Below are positions 27,193 through 32,000 of a stretch of DNA of 32,000 bases, piece by piece. The DNA comes from Synechococcus sp. A15-28 (GTDB lineage: Bacteria > Cyanobacteriota > Cyanobacteriia > PCC-6307 > Cyanobiaceae). Made by a program: the position numbers and the translations under genes. The notes under the pieces were generated by a model. That model saw nothing but the letters and a program-made list of their open reading frames with translations, was not told where the DNA came from and did not search any database. The DNA is taken from contig NZ_CP047931.1 of assembly GCF_014280175.1 (NCBI RefSeq), positions 1,110,001-1,142,000 on the forward strand, read 5' to 3'. Each line of letters begins with the position of its first letter. The stretch's first letter is position 1.

Positions 27193-27522
27193 TCAGAAGT
27201 GGGCGCCAATCCCGACACTCAACCAGGAGTGATGGGGCGTCACCACAACGCGGCGGTGCACTGGGCGATACATGGGTCGATAGACGTGGCGGTACACAGG
27301 ACGAACCACGCGAACCCAGGGCTTACCAGCGGAGCGGACGGCGTGTTTGTAACCCTTCCGATATCCCTTGTTGTAGGCCTTCTGTTTCTTTCCAGAGGAG
27401 TGATGGTGGTGAGGGGCAGCCCAGCTGGCGTGAACCTTATGGGCGGGAGCAACAGAACCCAGACTTAAACCGACAAGCGCAACAGCGGTGACGCCACAGG
27501 TGATCAGACGCGTGGAAGGCAT
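27193..27522 (-). CDS. small exported basic His/Tyr/Arg-rich protein (109 aa)
   Basis: I prefer ATG 27522-27520 (MPSTRLITCGVTAVALVGLSLGSVAPAHK..., signal-peptide-like). The mature part contains HHHH, KGYRKGYKH and VVRP-VYRH-VYRP-MYRP-VHRR, and ends ...SVGIGAHF. No family recognised. Confidence 0.55.
   Translation of the reverse strand: MPSTRLITCGVTAVALVGLSLGSVAPAHKVHASWAAPHHHHSSGKKQKAYNKGYRKGYKHAVRSAGKPWVRVVRPVYRHVYRPMYRPVHRRVVVTPHHSWLSVGIGAHF
27250..27309 (-). repeat. degenerate 12-nt (4-codon) tandem periodicity, 5 units
   Basis: Minus-strand units are GTGGTTCGTCCT / GTGTACCGCCAC / GTCTATCGACCC / ATGTATCGCCCA / GTGCACCGCCGC, encoding VVRP VYRH VYRP MYRP VHRR. Confidence 0.6.
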
Positions 27523-27624
27523 GGACAGAACCCAACTGTCCAAACCGTACGGAGACTGTGTTCCAAGCAGGTGACTGGGGTCGTTTGGATTGATGACTGA
27601 ATGTGATCACCTATCCCCTTCAAG

Positions 27625-28545
27625 TCAGGAGTCACAGAGATCACCGAGTGCAGACAGCCGATACTGCAGAGAAGCCCAGTTGAAACTGCGTGGATCCGAT
27701 CGTTCCCCGCCCAGATCAACATGGCGATGGGTCGTGATGGCAGCCGGAGTCAGATTGAAACGGTCGATCCAATCCGACAAAACGATGGCGAGGGCGTCGT
27801 ATTGGCGGGAGGTGTAGCCCGTGTGCGTTGAAGCATCATTGGCGCCACTCTCTGGTGTTTCCAGACTGACGTGTAACGCGAAATTGTTGAGGGAGCCCCT
27901 TAGTCGAGGGTTGGTGACCGCCCATTCACCAAGGAATGCTGAATTGCCAGCTCCATAGGCTCGTTTGAGTGGGTCAACGATGTCGACAACCTTTCCGCCC
28001 AGTCCGATCAGGGCGTGATAGCTCGCTTGGTCTTCATCCATCGGGTGCGGTGTCTGAAAGGTGTTGATCGCTGATGTCAGTGAATAAACGGTTTCGTGCA
28101 TCACGACCACCCGTGGAGATGGGTCCAATGGAGCGCCGTAGGAATCCTTCGAGAAACGCTCGCCGAAGTTGGTCGGATGAATGGGAACGGTGGTTCGCCA
28201 GGAACCACTGGTGCGTTTCAGTTCGTTCAGGCGTGAACGCAGGGCGGAATCGATCCCCGTGCACTGTTTCGCCAAGGGTGATGTCCAGGACCGTGAGCGA
28301 GGAGCACGCGGGGATGTCACCGACGGCGGCGACTTGGCGTTCTTGTCCGACTCCACCTGCTCAAGCAGGTCCATCAACGATGGACGATCACCCGCGTGGG
28401 ATTGTTTGCTCCGGTCCAGAGCGACCCAGATGAACAGCACGACCGCAAGGGATCCTGTGGTCACGGCACCGACAGCGGTCAGAGGGTGCTGACGGATCAG
28501 ATCAGCAGCACGCTCAAGTCTCTGGATCAGAGAAACCGGAACCAT
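27625..28545 (-). CDS. N-acetylmuramoyl-L-alanine amidase (amidase_2 / AmpD-PGRP fold) with N-terminal membrane anchor
   Basis: Contains VVVMHETV, ...ALHVSLE... and ITTHRHVDLGGERSDPRSFNW (the Zn-ligand and DP pattern of amidase_2). One TM segment (AVGAVTTGSLAVVLFIWVAL). I prefer ATG 28545-28543 over the track's TTG 28602. It overlaps the M61 gene 3' end by 19 nt. Confidence 0.85.
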   Translation of the reverse strand: MVPVSLIQRLERAADLIRQHPLTAVGAVTTGSLAVVLFIWVALDRSKQSHAGDRPSLMDLLEQVESDKNAKSPPSVTSPRAPRSRSWTSPLAKQCTGIDSALRSRLNELKRTSGSWRTTVPIHPTNFGERFSKDSYGAPLDPSPRVVVMHETVYSLTSAINTFQTPHPMDEDQASYHALIGLGGKVVDIVDPLKRAYGAGNSAFLGEWAVTNPRLRGSLNNFALHVSLETPESGANDASTHTGYTSRQYDALAIVLSDWIDRFNLTPAAITTHRHVDLGGERSDPRSFNWASLQYRLSALGDLCDS

Positions 28546-30224
28546 CGATCTCTCAGAAACAGCTGCTCCGAGGATGCCGCAGGTTCCCAGCTGAGGCACC
28601 AACGTTCCACACCGGCAACCGGCCGCAGCTTTGTTGTGCCGAGGCAGCTGCGCCGTGCGTAGGTGATCAATGCAGGATCATCCACCCTCAGAAGCGAGGA
28701 GACCTCTGCTGCCGCTCCCACACGCCTGCCATCGACGGCGATGAGCTCATCGCCGGGAACCAAGGCCGCTGCTCGCCCTGGGCCGTCCACTGCAGCCCGC
28801 TTGACAACAACGCGGCCGTTCATATCCGCCAAGGTCAGTCCGAGATCAGGTCTTTTCAGGGGCACAGGATCGAATCGCGCTCCAATCAGGCCTGCAATGT
28901 CCTGAAGCGGAAGGGAATCAGGACGATCCAGCCAGCGATCGAGATCTTCGGCGAGTTCAGGATCAATGGCCTTCAGCAACAGCGTCAGATCCCCGCGGAC
29001 AAAGCCTCGACCCACCTGGCCATGGGTCTTCCACAGAGCCCGGAGCTGTTCCGCCAGGGAGCTACCGCGTTGCCGAAGCCGCACATCAAGACAGAACGCG
29101 CTCGCTGCCCCGAGGCGGTAGTAGCTGATTTGGCTGTCGATGGAGACCACTGTGGATTTGTACAACTTCACCCAGGCTTCCTCGGCACTTGCCGCAAGGG
29201 ATTGCACGCGTCGCCCAGGAGCCATCAACACCCTGGACAGCTCATCGCCGAGATCCTGCAGCAGGGTGGAGCGATCGCTGGTGCCCGCGAGCAGGGGCAG
29301 GACCAGATCGAAATAGCTGGTGATCCCTTCGGCGAACCAGAGCCCTTCGCTGACGACGGGATGGCCGTAGTCGTAAGGGCGGAATTCCTGCGGCCGCAGT
29401 CTGCGGACATTCCATTGGTGGAGATACTCATGCCCCACTAGCTGCAACAGCTGCCGGTAGCCATCGGGTTTGGAAAGAGCAGCCCAGTTGAACTGCAGCA
29501 CAGCGCAGTGGTCGTGCTCCAGCCCTCCATAGCCGCTGTCGAGCATCTGAATCACAAGCTGATAGCGATCGCCCGCCGGTGGCGGTGTGCCCATCAACTG
29601 GCAGGTGGCTTCACAAATCCGCTCCACATCGGCCTTGAGCGTGGTGGGCCATCCCCCCGGCGGATCTCCCATCAACAGCAGCGTGTGCTGGTGGTCGAGA
29701 ACATGAAAGGGCTGGCCATGGAATGGGCCGGCCTGGACAGGACTGTCCAGCAGCTCATCGAAATCGTTGGCACGCCATCCATCCCCTTCCCAGGAGAGGG
29801 GACAGTGCACCTGCCAGGTGTCAGCACAGCTGACACCGAGTCGATGGGGACTCCAGCGGCAGCCATCCAGCTCCATCACCACCGCAGCAAGGCTGAAGGA
29901 CGCGAACTCAGGGTCGACAAAGGCCGTTCGAACGGTCAGGTCCCTCGCTTCCACCACATAGGTGAGGCGGTGCGGAATGGAATCGACGTGATCCGCCAAC
30001 CATTGGTTGGGGGCCAGACGCCTCAGAGAAACGGGGCCTGTTGCAGCCGTCAACTCAAGACTGTGTAGGTGCTGAACCGGATCACGAATGGTGTATGACC
30101 CTGGCGTCCAGAGGGGAAATTGCAGGATCTGGCGGGAGGTGGACGGCGTCCACCGCATCGTCACCCTGATGCGTTGCTCCTCCGGACGAACGAGATCCAG
30201 ATGAACGTCAACGTCGCCGTTCAC
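28527..30224 (-). CDS. M61 family (glycyl aminopeptidase-like) metallopeptidase with C-terminal PDZ domain
   Basis: 565 aa. HExxH is present in LVGHEYLHQWN. The C-terminal segment GRVVVKRAAVDGPGRAAALVPGDELIAVDGRRV is PDZ-like. The start is GTG at 30224-30222, 1 nt after the upstream stop (TGAGGTG). Confidence 0.88.
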   Translation of the reverse strand: MNGDVDVHLDLVRPEEQRIRVTMRWTPSTSRQILQFPLWTPGSYTIRDPVQHLHSLELTAATGPVSLRRLAPNQWLADHVDSIPHRLTYVVEARDLTVRTAFVDPEFASFSLAAVVMELDGCRWSPHRLGVSCADTWQVHCPLSWEGDGWRANDFDELLDSPVQAGPFHGQPFHVLDHQHTLLLMGDPPGGWPTTLKADVERICEATCQLMGTPPPAGDRYQLVIQMLDSGYGGLEHDHCAVLQFNWAALSKPDGYRQLLQLVGHEYLHQWNVRRLRPQEFRPYDYGHPVVSEGLWFAEGITSYFDLVLPLLAGTSDRSTLLQDLGDELSRVLMAPGRRVQSLAASAEEAWVKLYKSTVVSIDSQISYYRLGAASAFCLDVRLRQRGSSLAEQLRALWKTHGQVGRGFVRGDLTLLLKAIDPELAEDLDRWLDRPDSLPLQDIAGLIGARFDPVPLKRPDLGLTLADMNGRVVVKRAAVDGPGRAAALVPGDELIAVDGRRVGAAAEVSSLLRVDDPALITYARRSCLGTTKLRPVAGVERWCLSWEPAASSEQLFLRDRWFRFL

Positions 30225-30225
30225 C

Positions 30226-30579
30226 TCAGGGCGTCTCGATGGTCATCGTTGCGGAGGATCCGAAACCATCCATCGATTCAAGGGCGGCCAACAGCGCGTA
30301 CTGGCGAGCCACCCGTTGAAGCCTGGCCTTGAGGCCTTGATTGCGGGCCAGTCGTTGCAGATCGCCGACCATGGTCACCTCCCCACCATCGTCACCCTGG
30401 ATCCAGCCCAGGGATGGGGAGTCATCAGCCAGGGAGGCCAGGAGGTCCACCGGGTGGGACTTGCCGTTGAACGGGGCCATCACAGCGCCGATCACCACAT
30501 CAAATCCTTCGTGGCGCAGAGAAGCTTCCAGCAGATCCGGTCGTGTGTAGACGGTCGGCAGGATGGAGAGATGGGACAT
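30226..30579 (-). CDS. DUF1257 (Ycf35-like) protein
   Basis: 117 aa with ATG start. MSHLSILPTVYTRPDLLEASLRHEGFDV matches the DUF1257 N-terminal pattern (MSHFS.i.T.i.d...L..AL..LG). Confidence 0.8.
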   Translation of the reverse strand: MSHLSILPTVYTRPDLLEASLRHEGFDVVIGAVMAPFNGKSHPVDLLASLADDSPSLGWIQGDDGGEVTMVGDLQRLARNQGLKARLQRVARQYALLAALESMDGFGSSATMTIETP

Positions 30580-31255
30580 GAACCGAATGCCCGCTTTTAC
30601 AGACCCTAGCCAGCAGAGCCCATCTGACCAGGCCCTGATTCATCCAACGTCAGCACCAGCATTCGATGGGGCTCTCCCGATCAGGGTTGGCGTGATGGCA
30701 TCAGGGAATGGGAGCAACTTCGAGGCGTTGGCAACGGCGATCCGGGATCGACGCATCAATGCCGAGATTGCTCTCCTGGTGGTGAACAACCCCGGCTGCG
30801 GAGCACAGCATCGTGCTGAACGGCGTGGCATTCCCTGGCAACTGATTAACCATCGGGATTACGACAGTCGGACCGCACTGGACCGGGACCTGGTGGATCG
30901 ATTCCGAACTGCTGAGGTGGAGGGAATCGTGATGGCGGGCTGGATGCGCATCGTCACCGGTGAGTTGATCAAGGCCTTCCCCGATCGATTGATCAACATC
31001 CACCCTTCGCTTCTACCCAGCTTCCGTGGGCTTGATGGCGTTGGCCAGGCTCTCAAGGCCGGCGTCCGCCTTGCTGGTTGCACGGTTCACCTGGTTACCG
31101 AGGACCTGGATGCAGGCCCGATCCTGGTTCAGGCGGCCGTTCCGGTCCTGGAGACGGATGATCACGACAGCCTGTCCAAGCGGATTCAGCTGCAGGAACA
31201 TCGCATCCTGCCGAGCGGACTGATGCTGGCGGCGCAGCGCTGGCGTCAGGGGTAA
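30563..31255 (+). CDS. purN: phosphoribosylglycinamide formyltransferase
   Basis: Contains IRVGVMASGNGSNFEAL and INIHPSLLPSFRGLDG, typical of PurN. The start is ambiguous among in-frame ATGs at 30563, 30578 and 30587. The first beta strand (IRVGV) requires a start upstream of about 30680. Confidence 0.92.
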   Translation: MERWDMNRMPAFTDPSQQSPSDQALIHPTSAPAFDGALPIRVGVMASGNGSNFEALATAIRDRRINAEIALLVVNNPGCGAQHRAERRGIPWQLINHRDYDSRTALDRDLVDRFRTAEVEGIVMAGWMRIVTGELIKAFPDRLINIHPSLLPSFRGLDGVGQALKAGVRLAGCTVHLVTEDLDAGPILVQAAVPVLETDDHDSLSKRIQLQEHRILPSGLMLAAQRWRQG

Positions 31256-32000
31256 AAACTCTGCAAGGGCAGCCCTGTCTCCGGCGGCAGGCCATGCATC
31301 AGGTTCAGACACTGAACACCCTGTCCGGCCTGACCCTTGATCAGGTTGTCGATGGCACTCATCAGAATCATCTGTCCTGTTCTGGTGTCCACCTGAACGG
31401 ACACCAAGGCGCGGTTGGTGTGACGTGCCCATTTCGTGGCGGGATACGTGCCCACCGGCAGAACGGACACGCAGGGGTGGTGCCGATACACCGCTTCGAG
31501 CACCGTGGTGCAGTCTTCAGCCGTCAGTCCGGGATCCCGTAGACGCGCATACACCGTGGACAGCAGGCCTCGCACCATCGGCACCAGATGCGGGGTGAAC
31601 TGCAAACGAACATCCTGCCCGGCAACCTCCTGGGCCATCTGTTCGATCTCGGAGGTGTGGCGATGACCGATGACGCCGTAAGGGGCAATGGATTCAGATG
31701 CCTCCGCGAGCAGCATCGCCTCCTTGGGGACGCGCCCCCCGCCGGACGTGCCTGTCTTGGCATCAATGATGATGCCGTCGGTTTCGATCAGGCCCTGTTT
31801 CAGGAAGGGCAGCAACGGCATCAAGCTGGCCGTTGGGAAGCACCCCGGTGCAGCCACCAACATGGCCTCGGCGATGGCGGGCCCATGCCACTCCGGCAAG
31901 CCATAGACCGCCTCTCGGCAAAGGTCGGAGTCCTGTCTGGAGAGACGGCTGGCCTCCTGGGAATACACCTGACTCCATTGCTCCAGTGAGCGATATCGGA
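31246..32000 (-). CDS. argC: N-acetyl-gamma-glutamyl-phosphate reductase (5' end beyond the right window edge)
   Basis: Contains AVYGLPEWHG...LVAAPGCFPTASL (active-site Cys region) and ends ...LPLQSFYP. The frame stays open from 31968 to position 32000, and the track's start is an internal GTG. It overlaps the purN 3' end by 10 nt (convergent). Confidence 0.93.
   Translation of the reverse strand, partial: RYRSLEQWSQVYSQEASRLSRQDSDLCREAVYGLPEWHGPAIAEAMLVAAPGCFPTASLMPLLPFLKQGLIETDGIIIDAKTGTSGGGRVPKEAMLLAEASESIAPYGVIGHRHTSEIEQMAQEVAGQDVRLQFTPHLVPMVRGLLSTVYARLRDPGLTAEDCTTVLEAVYRHHPCVSVLPVGTYPATKWARHTNRALVSVQVDTRTGQMILMSAIDNLIKGQAGQGVQCLNLMHGLPPETGLPLQSFYP

Noticed and set aside
27186-27209. Imperfect hairpin (TTGGGCC ... 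GGCGCCAA, 7 bp with one bulge) between convergent genes 26406..27179 and 27193..27522
   Set aside because: The stem is short and bulged, there is no U-tract, and it overlaps the coding 3' end of the minus-strand gene. This is not enough to call a terminator.
26400-28600. Impression of a lower-GC islet covering the secreted protein, basic mini-protein and amidase genes
   Set aside because: Hand counts of a few 60-nt lines gave about 52-57% G+C here. A line inside pgi gave a similar value (about 52%), while one in cobN gave about 70%. The variation is within normal gene-to-gene scatter. No flanking tRNA, integrase or direct repeats were seen. A sliding-window GC and codon-usage calculation would be needed to revisit this.
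22440-29571. HIP1-like octamers GCGATCGC (seen near 22440, 27044, 29271, 29564)
   Set aside because: Only about four copies occur in 32 kb, all inside coding sequence. This is at most a mild excess over a rough composition-based expectation of about one, so it is not a meaningful repeat family in this window.
1-32000. Search for tRNA/rRNA genes, CRISPR arrays, transposases, integrases, toxin-antitoxin pairs and defence-system signatures
   Set aside because: No non-coding interval exceeds about 116 nt. No spaced direct-repeat array or IS-like inverted repeats were noticed. Every ORF longer than 90 aa that survives frame analysis is either assigned to a housekeeping or conserved cyanobacterial family or is a tightly coupled neighbour of such genes with no defence, toxin or mobile-element features.

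Overview
The window reads as a compact, GC-rich, gene-dense stretch of core chromosome from a marine picocyanobacterium (Synechococcus/Cyanobium-like). That assignment is an inference from gene content: HemJ, DUF1995, DUF4330, DUF1257/Ycf35-like and a cyanobacterial-type Hfq. I support 30 protein-coding genes, two of them truncated by the window edges. Most are housekeeping: metH, ilvE, cobN, uvrC, coaD, dacB, dapF, leuS, pgi, purN, argC, a NifS-like cysteine desulfurase, hemJ and an FeS-BCP-type photolyase/cryptochrome. I found no rRNA, tRNA, CRISPR array, transposase, integrase or prophage remnant. No intergenic space is long enough for a riboswitch. The supplied ORF track opens ORFs at the first ATG/GTG/TTG, so several starts were re-derived by hand (cobN, uvrC, pgi, dapF, the PHP protein, the amidase). 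Two genes are not usable from the track. One is a DUF2237 gene running off the left edge. The other is a 73-aa cyanobacterial-type hfq buried in the tail of a long antisense ORF. I did not find a convincing novel multi-gene system: no defence, toxin-antitoxin or biosynthetic-cluster signature. The points most worth a second look are these: (1) DapF carries an unexpected C-terminal tail of about 84 aa with a CX3CX3CX5C motif, and the tail overlaps the start of the cysteine desulfurase gene. (2) A small exported 4-Cys protein is wedged between uvrC and the photolyase-like gene. (3) An envelope-related string DUF1257 - M61 peptidase - amidase_2 is followed by a His/Tyr/Arg-rich basic mini-protein with 12-nt periodicity. 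(4) A C10 homopolymer sits in the signal-peptide region of a secreted protein. (5) Several junctions are extremely tight, including overlapping divergent start codons and convergent ORF overlaps. All family assignments rest on motif recognition by eye and need HMM or BLAST confirmation.
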